Source: Dokdonia sp. (lineage in GTDB: Bacteria > Bacteroidota > Bacteroidia > Flavobacteriales > Flavobacteriaceae). Taken from it: a stretch of 50,804 nt of DNA. Within the stretch, counting starts at the first letter, position 1; each line of letters starts with the position of its first letter. The DNA lies in assembly GCA_023299935.1 (NCBI GenBank), contig JALZVV010000098.1:1-50804 (forward strand), in the 5' to 3' direction. Of this stretch, positions 17,412 through 27,582 are shown piece after piece. Both the position numbers and the translations under genes were made by a program. The notes under the pieces were generated by a model that was not told the DNA's origin, searched no databases, and was given only the letters and a program-made list of their open reading frames with translations.

Positions 17412-18665
17412 TTACGCAATTAATTTTTTAAACAATACACACGCATTGTGACCCCCAAACCCGAAAGTATTGCTCATTGCAATATTAATCTCTTTAGCTT
17501 GTGCTTTATTAAGAGTAAGGTTAAAGTTAGGATCAATCCTTTCATCTATAACACCATGATTAATGGTAGGCGGTACAATACTGTTTTGCATTGCTAGAAT
17601 AGAGGCAATAGCCTCTATAGCACCAGCAGCTCCCAGTAGGTGACCTGTCATAGATTTTGTAGAGTTAATGTTAATGTTATGGGCATGTTCTCCAAAGACC
17701 TTTGAAATCGCTTTGAGTTCTGCAACATCTCCAAGTGGAGTAGATGTCCCGTGAGTATTAATGTGATCAACATCCTGAGGTTCAAGACCAGCGTCTCTTA
17801 AACAATTGAGCATCACTCGCTCTACGCCTATCCCATCTGGATGAGGAGCTGTCATGTGGTATGCATCACTGGACATACCGCCTCCTACTACTTCTGCATA
17901 TATTTTTGCGCCTCTCGCTTTTGCATGCTCATACTCCTCTAGAACAAGTGCTCCAGCTCCTTCTCCTAATACAAAACCATCTCTAGTCGCGTCAAAAGGT
18001 CTCGATGCTTTTTGTGGATCATCATTTCTAGTAGATAATGCATGCATTGCATTAAAACCTCCCATCCCTGCTTGTGTAACTGCAGCTTCACTACCTCCAG
18101 TAACAATAATATCACAATGCCCTAATCTAATGTAGTTTAAGGCGTCTATAGTTGCGTTTGCAGAAGATGCGCAGGCAGAAACTGTAGTATAATTAGGGCC
18201 CATAAACCCATGCTTAATAGAAATATTACCTGGAGCAATATCTGCTATCATTTTAGGGATAAAGAATGGGTTAAATCTTGGAGTGCCATTTCCTTGAGCA
18301 AAATTGATAACTTCATTTTGAAAGGTTTCTAGCCCGCCTATACCAGCGCCCCATATTACTCCTACTCTAAATTTATCTACAGTCTCAAGGTCAATCCCGG
18401 CATCATTGATGGCTTCATCAGAAGCCACCAATGCATACTGGGCAAATCTATCTAGCTTGCGAGCCTCTTTTCTATCAAAGAAATCGCTAGCATTAAAATT
18501 TTTAAGCTCACAAGCAAACTTGGTTTTAAACAGTTCAGTATCAAAATACGTAATGGGTGCACACCCACTCTTACCTGTAGACAACCCTTCCCAATATTCT
18601 TGGACATTGTTCCCTATAGGTGTGAGAGCACCTAGACCTGTTACTACTACTCGCTTAAGCTCCAT
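17412..18665 (-). CDS. fabF: Beta-ketoacyl-ACP synthase II
   Basis: VVTGLG, SACAS, HGTSTPLGD, KSMTGHLLGAAG, NTFGFGGHN. Confidence 0.97.
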   Translation of the reverse strand: MELKRVVVTGLGALTPIGNNVQEYWEGLSTGKSGCAPITYFDTELFKTKFACELKNFNASDFFDRKEARKLDRFAQYALVASDEAINDAGIDLETVDKFRVGVIWGAGIGGLETFQNEVINFAQGNGTPRFNPFFIPKMIADIAPGNISIKHGFMGPNYTTVSACASSANATIDALNYIRLGHCDIIVTGGSEAAVTQAGMGGFNAMHALSTRNDDPQKASRPFDATRDGFVLGEGAGALVLEEYEHAKARGAKIYAEVVGGGMSSDAYHMTAPHPDGIGVERVMLNCLRDAGLEPQDVDHINTHGTSTPLGDVAELKAISKVFGEHAHNININSTKSMTGHLLGAAGAIEAIASILAMQNSIVPPTINHGVIDERIDPNFNLTLNKAQAKEINIAMSNTFGFGGHNACVLFKKLIA

Positions 18666-18675
18666 TTACAAAAAC

Positions 18676-18909
18676 TTATTTTGCTTCTTCTATATATGAG
18701 ATCGCTTGACCTACAGTAGCAATGTTTTCTGCTTGGTCGTCTGGGATTTGAATATCAAATTCTTTTTCAAATTCCATAATAAGCTCAACAGTGTCTAAGG
18801 AATCAGCGCCTAAGTCGTTTGTGAAGCTAGCTTCTGTTACAACTTCATTCTCGTCTACACCTAATTTGTCTACGATAATCGCTTTTACTCTTGATGCAAT
18901 GTCTGACAT
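18676..18909 (-). CDS. acpP: Acyl carrier protein
   Basis: [12 protein letters not shown]; start MSDIASRV at 18909. Confidence 0.97.
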   Translation of the reverse strand: MSDIASRVKAIIVDKLGVDENEVVTEASFTNDLGADSLDTVELIMEFEKEFDIQIPDDQAENIATVGQAISYIEEAK

Positions 18910-18940
18910 AATTTCTAAATTTAATTTTTGATTTAAGTGG

Positions 18941-18948
18941 CAAAAATA
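18941..18948 (-). promoter_or_regulatory. -7 promoter element of acpP-fabF-rnc
   Basis: TATTTTTG on the minus strand. Confidence 0.55.
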
Positions 18949-19085
18949 ACAAACTTTACGGTTTGACAATATTTCCACCTAAAAATGTGAAGGTAATTTA
19001 CGTATTTAATAACTAAGTTTATGATAAAAAACCTTCATTTGTTACTAATAATTGTTTGTTTTGCACACACAACTGCCTCAAAACT

Positions 19086-19670
19086 ATGAAACGAATTGTG
19101 ATTTTTGCCTCTGGTAACGGAACAAATGCCCAGCGTATTATTAATCATTTTAAGGGCAGCTCGGATATCGAGGTTGCGCAGGTGCTCAGTAACAAGAAGA
19201 GTGCCAAAGTTTTGGAACGTGCTGCTGCCAGTGGTGTTAGAACAGCTAGTTTTGATAGAAATGATTTTTATAAGACAGACACTCTATTAAATATTCTTAA
19301 AAATATCAAGCCCGATATAATTGTACTAGCTGGATTTTTATGGCTCTTTCCAGAAAAAATAATTAATATTTTTCCAGATAGTGTTATAAATATTCATCCA
19401 GCATTACTTCCTGACTTTGGAGGAAAAGGAATGTATGGCAAACACGTGCATGAGGCTGTTTTCGCTTTCGCGAAAGCGAATTCAGAACAAAAAACCTATA
19501 CCGGAATCACCATTCATAAGGTAACTCCAGAGTATGATAAAGGTAAATATATCTTTCAAACCAAAATAGAAGTGACACCTGAAGACACCCCAGAAACTAT
19601 TGCTAAGAAAGTGCGTGAATTAGAGCACAAGCATTTTCCTGAAGTGATCGAGAAAATACTAATGGGATAA
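19086..19670 (+). CDS. purN: Phosphoribosylglycinamide formyltransferase
   Basis: FASGNGTN, VLAGF, INIHPALLP, GITIH. Confidence 0.93.
   Translation: MKRIVIFASGNGTNAQRIINHFKGSSDIEVAQVLSNKKSAKVLERAAASGVRTASFDRNDFYKTDTLLNILKNIKPDIIVLAGFLWLFPEKIINIFPDSVINIHPALLPDFGGKGMYGKHVHEAVFAFAKANSEQKTYTGITIHKVTPEYDKGKYIFQTKIEVTPEDTPETIAKKVRELEHKHFPEVIEKILMG
19461..19480. repeat. Iterated palindrome copy 7 (20-bp), in purN
   Basis: TTCGCTTTCGCGAAAGCGAA, encodes FAFAKAN. Confidence 0.9.
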
Positions 19671-19709
19671 TATAGTAACGAGATACCCGTCTACACGGGT
19701 ATGAGAGAA

Positions 19710-20348
19710 ATGAGTAAAAAGAAGGAAAAATTTTATGTGGTCTGGGAGGGTAAAAAACCCGGCATCTACATTAGCTGGGCAGATTGCAAAGCTATGATTA
19801 CGGGCTATGCAGGAGCTAAGTACAAGAGTTTTGAAACTTTTGCAAAAGCCAAACAAGCCTACAACGGAAACTATGAAGATTTTAAAGGCACTTCTAAAAA
19901 GAAAAAGATACTCAGCTCAGAAGAAAAAGAAAAATACGGCTTTCCCAATCTCTACTCTATTGCCGTAGATGCAGCCAGTTCAGGAAATCCAGGAGTTATG
20001 GAGTATCGGGGTGTAGATACTCAAACCGAAAAACAACTCTTTCATCAAGGTCCTTTTAAACAAGGCACTAATAATATAGGGGAGTTTCTTGCCTTAGTGC
20101 ACGGTCTTGCTTATCTCAAAAAGAACGTTAGCGATCGTGTGATTTATTCTGACTCTCGCATTGCCATAGGATGGGTTAAAAAGAAAAAATGCAATACTAA
20201 GCTCAAGACTAATGCAAAAAATAAGGACGTTATGGCCTTGGTACAAAGAGCCGAAAATTGGCTCAAAACCAATACCTATACAACTATTATTGTAAAATGG
20301 GAAACCAAAGCTTGGGGTGAGATCCCTGCAGATTTTGGCAGGAAATAA
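19710..20348 (+). CDS. rnhA: Ribonuclease HI with N-terminal viroplasmin (hybrid-binding) domain
   Basis: FYVVWEG..PGIY..W..C, AVDAASSGNPG, TNNIGEFLA, WGEIPADFGRK. Confidence 0.88.
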   Translation: MSKKKEKFYVVWEGKKPGIYISWADCKAMITGYAGAKYKSFETFAKAKQAYNGNYEDFKGTSKKKKILSSEEKEKYGFPNLYSIAVDAASSGNPGVMEYRGVDTQTEKQLFHQGPFKQGTNNIGEFLALVHGLAYLKKNVSDRVIYSDSRIAIGWVKKKKCNTKLKTNAKNKDVMALVQRAENWLKTNTYTTIIVKWETKAWGEIPADFGRK

Positions 20349-20460
20349 TAGAAATGCTTTAATAATATTAAACAAAGGGGTGCGTCTCTAGCAACGCTTT
20401 ATCTTTAGACCCCTTAAAACAGTAATTTTATTACACTCTTAGGTTTAAAACAATAAGGCT

Positions 20461-21051
20461 ATGTTCAAAAAAATTCTCTTTTTTATCCTATTAATAGGTG
20501 CAAGTGTAAATGCACAAAAAAAATTAATTGTCCTATCCTTAGATAATGACACCTATATTGGAGTAAAAAAATATGACCTATTAGAATTTGCAATGAACAT
20601 CAAACCTGTTGTAGGAAAACCAAAACATATAAAATATTCATCTATAAAGGAATTAAGAGTAGAGGGCGTTAGTGAAGAAAAAGATGGCGTTTATCATTAT
20701 ATACTTTTTGGTGAGCCCAAAGAAATAACATTGGCCAACGGGCGCAAACGTAGAGCAAAAAAAGAAAGTCGTACAGGTTCTTTTATGAAGTTGCTTTATG
20801 ATGGATCAACCAAGCTTTATGAAGACACAAAAATAAATCCTATAAAAAAAGACGGGGTTGTCCTTGCTAAAACAGAAATCAATCAATATATCAAGGAAGG
20901 CACAGGCGACCCTATTCCTGTAAAAGGCAAAAGAGAAGTGCTTGCATTTTTTAATAAATGTCCAGAATTAGCAAATCAAATAGATGCTCGATTTCGTTTA
21001 AATGAAATTTCAAAATATTTAGACCTCTATAATAAGCATTGCTCTAAATAG
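20461..21051 (+). CDS. Secreted basic hypothetical protein
   Basis: Signal peptide (VNAQ) and a 196-aa ORF. Confidence 0.6.
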   Translation: MFKKILFFILLIGASVNAQKKLIVLSLDNDTYIGVKKYDLLEFAMNIKPVVGKPKHIKYSSIKELRVEGVSEEKDGVYHYILFGEPKEITLANGRKRRAKKESRTGSFMKLLYDGSTKLYEDTKINPIKKDGVVLAKTEINQYIKEGTGDPIPVKGKREVLAFFNKCPELANQIDARFRLNEISKYLDLYNKHCSK

Positions 21052-21117
21052 GCAGAAGCAAAAAAAATCTTCTCATTAAAACTGTAAAGTTTTACTAGAA
21101 TACCCTACTTAACTACT

Positions 21118-21717
21118 ATGAAGTTAATTAGTTATTTTTTGATCTCTATAAGCGCACTGGTGAGTACTCCAGATTTTGGTGAGTGGGAGCTTAAGAAAAG
21201 TGAATCCGATATTCATATTTATACACGAGATGTGGCAGAGAGTGCTTTAAAAGAATTTAAGGCAACGACTATTTTTAAAAATGTCTCTATAGATGAAGTT
21301 TTCGAACAAGTCTATAAGGCACCATATTACAATGAAGATTGGGAATTTAGCACCAGCTATGTTATCCAAGAACTAAGTTCTGATGATGAACGCTATTTTT
21401 ATTACTCAGAACAATTGCCTTGGCCTATCAAAAATCGTGATGTGGTAACTAAACTTGTTTTAGAAGAACAAAGTCCAGACAAAATTGTACTCTCTATTAA
21501 GGCAATGCCAGAAGGAATCACACCAAAAGCCAAGACCATACGAATTCAAGATTTAAAAGGTTCTTGGTTAATAGAAAAGCATCCTTCTGGGATAAAAGCT
21601 ACGCAGCAAATCTATATGGACCCCGGAGGTTCTGTACCTGCTTTTATCGTAAATTCTTTAATTGTAAAAGGACCTTTAAAAACCTTCACAACATTAAAAA
21701 AGAGCCTTAAACAATAG
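21118..21717 (+). CDS. START/lipid-binding domain protein
   Basis: W.L.K....I.IY, PWPIKNRD, DPGGSVPAFIVN. Confidence 0.8.
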   Translation: MKLISYFLISISALVSTPDFGEWELKKSESDIHIYTRDVAESALKEFKATTIFKNVSIDEVFEQVYKAPYYNEDWEFSTSYVIQELSSDDERYFYYSEQLPWPIKNRDVVTKLVLEEQSPDKIVLSIKAMPEGITPKAKTIRIQDLKGSWLIEKHPSGIKATQQIYMDPGGSVPAFIVNSLIVKGPLKTFTTLKKSLKQ

Positions 21718-21757
21718 GCGCAAAGCCCTATATTTGCAAAAAAAATAAATCCTCAAA

Positions 21758-22681
21758 ATGAGTAAACTTGTAATTGTAGGCACCTGCGCTTTTGATCAAA
21801 TAGAAACTCCATTTGGGAAAACTGATAAAATATTAGGTGGCGCAGCTACTTATATTGGTCTTAGTGCATCGCAGTTTGATATAGATCCCGCTATAGTATC
21901 TATTGTAGGGGAAGACTTCCCGCAAGAGTATATAAATAAGCTTACAAGTCGTGACATTAATGCAGAAGGAATAGAAGTTGTTAAAGACGGAAAAACTTTT
22001 TATTGGAGTGGTAAGTATCATAATGATATGAATACTCGCGATACGCTAGTTACAGAACTCAATACTTTAGAATCTTTTAATCCTGTCGTTCCTGAGTCTT
22101 ATAAAGATGCAGATATTGTAATGCTAGGTAACTTACAGCCTACAGTACAGTTAAGTGTAATAGAACAAATGACGAGCCCAAAACTTGTTATTTTAGACAC
22201 TATGAACTTCTGGATGGATATTGCCTTAGATGAGCTTAAAACTACCCTTAAAAAAGTAGATGTCATTACCATTAATGATGAAGAGGCAAGGCAGCTAAGC
22301 GGAGAATACTCTTTAGTAACTGCGGCAAAAATAATACATTCGATGGGACCACAATATGTGGTAATCAAAAAAGGAGAACACGGAGCACTATTATTTCATG
22401 ACAACGAGATGTTTTATGCCCCTGCGCTTCCACTGGCCGAAGTTTTTGACCCAACAGGAGCAGGAGACACATTTGCTGGTGGGTTTGCTGGGTTTCTAGC
22501 ACAATCTGGAAACATCTCTTTTGAAAATATGAAAAATGCACTTATCTATGGTTCTTGCCTAGCTTCTTTTACAGTAGAGAGTTTTGGAACAGAACGAATA
22601 GAGAGTGTCTCTAAAGACGAAATAAAAAAACGTTTGCAGCAGTTTAAACAACTAACGCAATTTGATATAGAATTTAACTAA
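21758..22681 (+). CDS. PfkB family carbohydrate/nucleoside kinase
   Basis: GGAATY, NDEEA, KKGEHG, DPTGAGDTFAGG; TATATTTG promoter element at 21729-21736. Confidence 0.92.
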   Translation: MSKLVIVGTCAFDQIETPFGKTDKILGGAATYIGLSASQFDIDPAIVSIVGEDFPQEYINKLTSRDINAEGIEVVKDGKTFYWSGKYHNDMNTRDTLVTELNTLESFNPVVPESYKDADIVMLGNLQPTVQLSVIEQMTSPKLVILDTMNFWMDIALDELKTTLKKVDVITINDEEARQLSGEYSLVTAAKIIHSMGPQYVVIKKGEHGALLFHDNEMFYAPALPLAEVFDPTGAGDTFAGGFAGFLAQSGNISFENMKNALIYGSCLASFTVESFGTERIESVSKDEIKKRLQQFKQLTQFDIEFN

Positions 22682-22687
22682 TATAAC

Positions 22688-22715
22688 GCGCTCCACAATG
22701 GAGCGCATTTGTTTT
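22688..22715 (+). terminator. Hairpin/terminator between pfkB and purF
   Basis: GCGCTCCA-CAA-TGGAGCGC followed by ATTTGTTTT. Confidence 0.55.
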
Positions 22716-22719
22716 AACT

Positions 22720-24618
22720 ATGAGTGACGCTATAAAACATGAATGTGGGATTTCTTTAATCCGATTAAAGAAACCTTTAGAATTCTATAAAGAAAAATAT
22801 GGTACTGCCTTTTATGGTGTAAACAAAATGTACCTTATGATGGAAAAGCAGCACAACCGTGGTCAAGACGGAGCTGGTTTTGCTAGTATTAAACTTGATA
22901 TGGCGCCTGGAGAAAGATACATATCCAGACAACGATCTGTAGCACAACAACCTATACAGGATATTTTTGCAGAAATTAATGGTCGTATTAATGACCTTAT
23001 GGTTACCAATCCTGATAAAAAAGATGATGTCGCTTGGCAAAAAAAGAATGTTCCTTACATAGGTGAGCTATTAATGGGTCACGTACGTTATGGTACTTTT
23101 GGAAAAAACAGTGTAGAAAATGTTCATCCATTTTTAAGGCAAAACAACTGGATGCACAGAAACCTAATTGTGGCAGGTAACTTTAACATGACTAATGTAA
23201 GTACCCTTTTCAAAAAATTAGTTTCACTAGGACAACACCCTAAAGAAAATGCTGATACCATTACCGTTATGGAGAAAATAGGCCATTTTCTAGATGACGA
23301 AGTAGCAAAACTGTATAAAAAACTCAAAAAAGAAGGCTTTAACAAGCAACAAGCCTCGCCCCAAATAGCCGAGCGCTTAAAAGTAGCCAAAATTCTTAAA
23401 CGAGCTTCAAAAGATTGGGACGGCGGTTATGCTATGGTAGGTCTTTTAGGTCACGGAGATGCTTTTGTACTGAGAGACCCTGCAGGAATACGACCTGCAT
23501 ATTATTTTGAAAACGATGAGATTGCAGTAGTGGCTAGTGAACGCCCCGTAATACAAACTGCTTTTAATGTCGCTTTTGAGGATGTGCTTGAACTAGACCC
23601 GGGTTGTGCCCTTATTGTCAAGAAAAATGGAAAACTCAGTATTGAAAAAGTATTAGAACCGCTTACGCGAAAAGCTTGTTCTTTTGAACGCATTTATTTT
23701 TCCAGAGGTAGTGATGCCGAAATTTACGAAGAGCGCAAACAACTAGGGCGCTTATTAATGCCTGAAGTTCTTAAAAGCATTAATCACGATACAAAGAATA
23801 CTGTTTTTAGTTTCATCCCTAACACTGCAGAAACTTCTTTCTATGGACTAGTAGAAGCGGCTCAGGACGAGCTCAACAGACAAAAGAAGGAAGAAATCCT
23901 AGCTTCAAAAGGACAGTTGGATGATGTAGGCTTGGAGAAAATACTTTCGCGAAAGCTTAGAACAGAAAAGATTGCTATTAAAGATGCAAAGCTCAGAACT
24001 TTTATTACCGAGGATAGTAGTCGTGATGATCTTGTGGCTCACGTATATGATGTGACTTATGGGGTGGTCCAGCCTAAGGACACGCTGGTAATTATAGATG
24101 ATAGTATTGTGAGAGGTACTACACTTAAAAAGAGTATTATTAAGATGATGGCTCGTCTTGAGCCTAAAAAAATAGTTGTTGTTTCCTCTGCGCCTCAAAT
24201 CCGTTATCCAGATTGTTATGGTATTGACATGGCTAAGCTTGAAGATTTTATTGCTTTTAGAGCTGCAATTGCCCTGTTAGATGAAAGAGGTCTTGGAGAT
24301 ACTGTGCATGAGGTTTACAAAAAATGTAAAAAACAGGTAGACCTAAAAGACAAGGACGTAATCAACTTTGTAAAGGAAATATATGCTCCTTTTACAGATA
24401 AAGAAATCTCTGCAAAAATTGCAGAATTACTAAGTGACGAAACTGTTAAGCCAGAAGTAGAAATTATTTATCAAACTGTAGATAATCTTCATAATGCTTG
24501 TCCTAAAAACTTAGGCGATTGGTATTTTACAGGAGACTATCCTACAGACGGTGGGCATCGTGTTGTAAATAAGGCTTTTATTAATTATGTAGAAGGAAAT
24601 AGTGAGAGAGCCTACTAA
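22720..24618 (+). CDS. purF: Amidophosphoribosyltransferase
   Basis: HECG propeptide/Ntn Cys, HNRGQDGAG, GHVRYGT, CSFERIYFSR, IIDDSIVRGTT. Confidence 0.93.
   Translation: MSDAIKHECGISLIRLKKPLEFYKEKYGTAFYGVNKMYLMMEKQHNRGQDGAGFASIKLDMAPGERYISRQRSVAQQPIQDIFAEINGRINDLMVTNPDKKDDVAWQKKNVPYIGELLMGHVRYGTFGKNSVENVHPFLRQNNWMHRNLIVAGNFNMTNVSTLFKKLVSLGQHPKENADTITVMEKIGHFLDDEVAKLYKKLKKEGFNKQQASPQIAERLKVAKILKRASKDWDGGYAMVGLLGHGDAFVLRDPAGIRPAYYFENDEIAVVASERPVIQTAFNVAFEDVLELDPGCALIVKKNGKLSIEKVLEPLTRKACSFERIYFSRGSDAEIYEERKQLGRLLMPEVLKSINHDTKNTVFSFIPNTAETSFYGLVEAAQDELNRQKKEEILASKGQLDDVGLEKILSRKLRTEKIAIKDAKLRTFITEDSSRDDLVAHVYDVTYGVVQPKDTLVIIDDSIVRGTTLKKSIIKMMARLEPKKIVVVSSAPQIRYPDCYGIDMAKLEDFIAFRAAIALLDERGLGDTVHEVYKKCKKQVDLKDKDVINFVKEIYAPFTDKEISAKIAELLSDETVKPEVEIIYQTVDNLHNACPKNLGDWYFTGDYPTDGGHRVVNKAFINYVEGNSERAY
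23944..23956. repeat. Iterated palindrome copy 8, in purF
   Basis: CTTTCGCGAAAGC, encodes LSRK. Confidence 0.85.
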
Positions 24619-24655
24619 TTCTTCTCTCAAAATATTGCCAATTTTTGCAAATCTT

Positions 24656-24694
24656 GTGTATTTGGTCTAAAAATCGTGTATTTGGTCTAAAAAT
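24656..24694 (+). repeat. Tandem 19-bp direct repeat (20-bp period) GTGTATTTGGTCTAAAAAT
   Basis: Copies at 24656-24674 and 24676-24694. Confidence 0.85.
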
Positions 24695-24730
24695 TGTTGT
24701 GTGGTTGAAAATCAATACTATATTAGCATA

Positions 24731-24803
24731 TGCCATAGCATAAGTAGGTTAAGTTCATGGTAGATTTGGGGCAAAAAAAGGTGGATCTTTCTGCCTTTTT
24801 TTA
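24731..24803 (+). ncRNA. Candidate small RNA (~70 nt) with its own promoter-like element and terminator
   Basis: TATATTAG (-7-like) at 24719-24726, no substantial ORF, strong terminator hairpin at 24765-24810. Confidence 0.4.
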
Positions 24804-24971
24804 TGCCCAATAATCAAGGATATGGCAAGCGCTTTAGTTATGCCTTTAGCCTTGAATTAGCCTATTCCCAATAATAAAATCCTTAGTATAGTTTACGTTT
24901 CTGCGCGAGCAGTTTATTCATTTTCTGGTCGTTCTGCATTTTCTATACGCAATGATCAAGGATTAACCTGA

Positions 24972-25009
24972 AATAAAAAGAGAACACTAAATAGTGTTCT
25001 CTTTTTATT
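24972..25009 (-). terminator. Bidirectional terminator downstream of sod
   Basis: AATAAAAAGAGAACACT-AAAT-AGTGTTCTCTTTTTATT. Confidence 0.8.
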
Positions 25010-25025
25010 AGTATTAAAGGAGTTC

Positions 25026-25634
25026 TTATTTACCCTCCCCGTACATAGCACTAACCTTCGTCCAATTAATTACATTAAAGAATGCATTAATATAATCTGG
25101 TCTTCTATTTTGATAGTTTAAGTAGTATGCGTGTTCCCAAACATCTAATCCTAAGATTGGGGATCCGCCACATCCTACGCCTGGCATAAGTGGGTTGTCT
25201 TGGTTAGGAGTGCTGCAAACCTCAACTTTACCTCCTTGATGCACGCAAAGCCAAGCCCATCCTGAACCAAACTGCGTAGCTGCCGCTTTAGAGAAAGCAT
25301 CTTTAAAAGCCTCAAAACTTCCATAAGAGTCATTAATTGCAGTCGCGAGAGCCCCAGATGGCTCTCCTCCTCCATCTGGAGATAATATTTCCCAGAAAAG
25401 GCGGTGGTTGTAAAATCCACCTCCGTTATTTCGAACAGCACCATTAGACATATCAAGGCTAGCAAGAATATCCTCAATACTTTTTCCTGCTAAATCTGTT
25501 CCTTGTACAGCTGCATTTAACTTAGAAGTATAGCCGTTATGATGCTTCCCGTGGTGTATCTCCATAGTACGTGCATCTATATGTGGCTCCAATGCGTCGT
25601 ATGCAAAGTTTAATTTTGGTAATTCAAATGACAT
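25026..25634 (-). CDS. sodA: Mn/Fe superoxide dismutase (Mn-type signature)
   Basis: [33 protein letters not shown]. Confidence 0.9.
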   Translation of the reverse strand: MSFELPKLNFAYDALEPHIDARTMEIHHGKHHNGYTSKLNAAVQGTDLAGKSIEDILASLDMSNGAVRNNGGGFYNHRLFWEILSPDGGGEPSGALATAINDSYGSFEAFKDAFSKAAATQFGSGWAWLCVHQGGKVEVCSTPNQDNPLMPGVGCGGSPILGLDVWEHAYYLNYQNRRPDYINAFFNVINWTKVSAMYGEGK

Positions 25635-25869
25635 AGTTTCTAAAATTTTTAGATTAATAAATCAATACTATACAAATTTAAGGATTAGATAATTGAATAT
25701 TAGATAGAGGAGAGAAAGATTGCTTTTAGTGCAATAAGTTTTCCTTATACCTTTAATTGCCATTATATCTGTTTTTAAATTAAAAAGCGTATAAATCCCC
25801 TTTAGCAGGTATTTTTTGAGGAGCCTCATTATTTATTTTTGACCTGAACCCTTTTAATTTAGAACAGAT

Positions 25870-27384
25870 ATGAAATGTATTAAACCTTTATTTATTTTTA
25901 GCCTTCTTTTATTGTTAGTCTCATGCGGCGATGATGACGATTCAAGTACAACAAACCCAGATGATATGGGTGACGACCCTCAAGACCAGTCTGTAATTCT
26001 AAACAATGAGCGGGACGAAACCGTTGCTATATTAACCGATGCCAATCTTGACAAAATATGGAGATTCTCTCAGGCAATGCTAACCAATGACGCGGGTACG
26101 TTTGAGATTACTAATAACTTTAACGTTAGAGATGACGAGTTTGTTTTTTCTGGAACCAGAACAAATGGTGTTTTTGAATGGAGACCTGCTAATGACATTA
26201 ATGTAGAGGGTACAACAATTTCAGAAACTTTATTAGACTTCTACATTCCTACAGAAACCTCACCTTTTATTTTTGACCAAGATAGCAGCACTTCACTTAC
26301 GGCTCTCAATGGAAATATGGAGCTTATTGTAGTAAATGAAAATACTATTACAGGAACCCTAACTTTTGACGGAACAAGAAGTGCGTTTGCTGGAGAAACC
26401 ATAGATTTTACTTTGACTACTAAGCAGGCAGAAGACTATATAACCCCTCCAGAATCAGGAATGGTTTTTAATGAAGTGGCTAGCTTTTTGGCCACTGATT
26501 TTTTTGCACAACAAAGCAATTCAGGCCTTATTGGATCTTATGCTGATAATAGTCTATTTATAACCTTCAGAAATGATTGCAGCAATAACAATGGTGCTCC
26601 TAGCAGAACATTAAAATATAGTGTTGATGACGATACCTTTATTGAGAGAAATGATGAATTCGCAGACTTTTTCACCAGAAAAATTAATATCATTAACAAT
26701 GACCTTATAGTAACTGGAGGTCAAAACATTTATACTTATGATTTAGATTTAACGCAAGCACCAGTAATAACACCTCATAACGCCCCTGCTCTATCTCGCT
26801 TTTCAACCGCTACTCTTGGAGGTGATATTTATGTAGTGGGGGGTGACCTTGATTTTGTAGCAGATAGTTTAAGAAGAATTAATAGTGACACAGGAACATT
26901 AGAAGTTGTTGCAACTATGCCTTTGCCAAAAGTTCATGCCGGGTCAGCATTTGTAAATGACAACCTATACATTTTTAGTGGTCGTGAAGCGTTTTTTGAT
27001 TTTGAAACAATAACGCCTACTTCATTTATTTATAATACAAATACAGGTGAGTTCACCACGTTTGAGATGCCCGTGGCATTAGGAAATAGCTTTGCCGCAC
27101 AGTTTGAAAACCTAATCTATATCGTAGGAGATATTCAAGAAGATTTGGATGGGGATGGTGGTCTTGACAATCACGATGTGTGGATAGGTGTTTATGATAC
27201 TCTAACAGATGAGATTACGGAACTTTCTCATAATCTTGACGATTCAGACGAGTTCTCCTATGTCCATTCTATGACTGTTTTTAATGACAACTTATATGTA
27301 ATCTATGGCAACCTGCTAGATAATAATGGCAACCCTGATTGTCCAGAAGTAAACTGGTCTATTCTTGCTGCTCCTTTAAATTAA
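25870..27384 (+). CDS. Acidic lipoprotein with Kelch-type beta-propeller
   Basis: Lipobox LVSC with DDDD export signal; IYVVGG, LYIFSG, IYIVG and LYVIYG Kelch repeats. Confidence 0.75.
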   Translation: MKCIKPLFIFSLLLLLVSCGDDDDSSTTNPDDMGDDPQDQSVILNNERDETVAILTDANLDKIWRFSQAMLTNDAGTFEITNNFNVRDDEFVFSGTRTNGVFEWRPANDINVEGTTISETLLDFYIPTETSPFIFDQDSSTSLTALNGNMELIVVNENTITGTLTFDGTRSAFAGETIDFTLTTKQAEDYITPPESGMVFNEVASFLATDFFAQQSNSGLIGSYADNSLFITFRNDCSNNNGAPSRTLKYSVDDDTFIERNDEFADFFTRKINIINNDLIVTGGQNIYTYDLDLTQAPVITPHNAPALSRFSTATLGGDIYVVGGDLDFVADSLRRINSDTGTLEVVATMPLPKVHAGSAFVNDNLYIFSGREAFFDFETITPTSFIYNTNTGEFTTFEMPVALGNSFAAQFENLIYIVGDIQEDLDGDGGLDNHDVWIGVYDTLTDEITELSHNLDDSDEFSYVHSMTVFNDNLYVIYGNLLDNNGNPDCPEVNWSILAAPLN

Positions 27385-27540
27385 GGGCCGTTAATGTGAA
27401 GTTTATTGATTTCGCGGCAGCACAACAACAACGCTAAGGACGCAACCTAGCACATACATTTGCGTCTTACTAATAACTGTTGTTGCCTATTCAATAGAAT
27501 CGGAACATCAGTACAAGATTAAATTTAGTTTAAGTTAGGT

Positions 27541-27571
27541 AAAAAGCTGTTCATTTATGAGCAGCTTTTTT
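27541..27571. terminator. Terminator hairpin immediately upstream of the addA-like gene
   Basis: AAAAAGCTGTTCAT-TT-ATGAGCAGCTTTTTT. Confidence 0.6.
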
Positions 27572-27582
27572 ATCTTAGTCCA

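Noticed and set aside
23660-23675. CGCTTACGCGAAAAGC in purF
   Set aside because: Needs a substitution plus an indel to match the motif; too degenerate to count.
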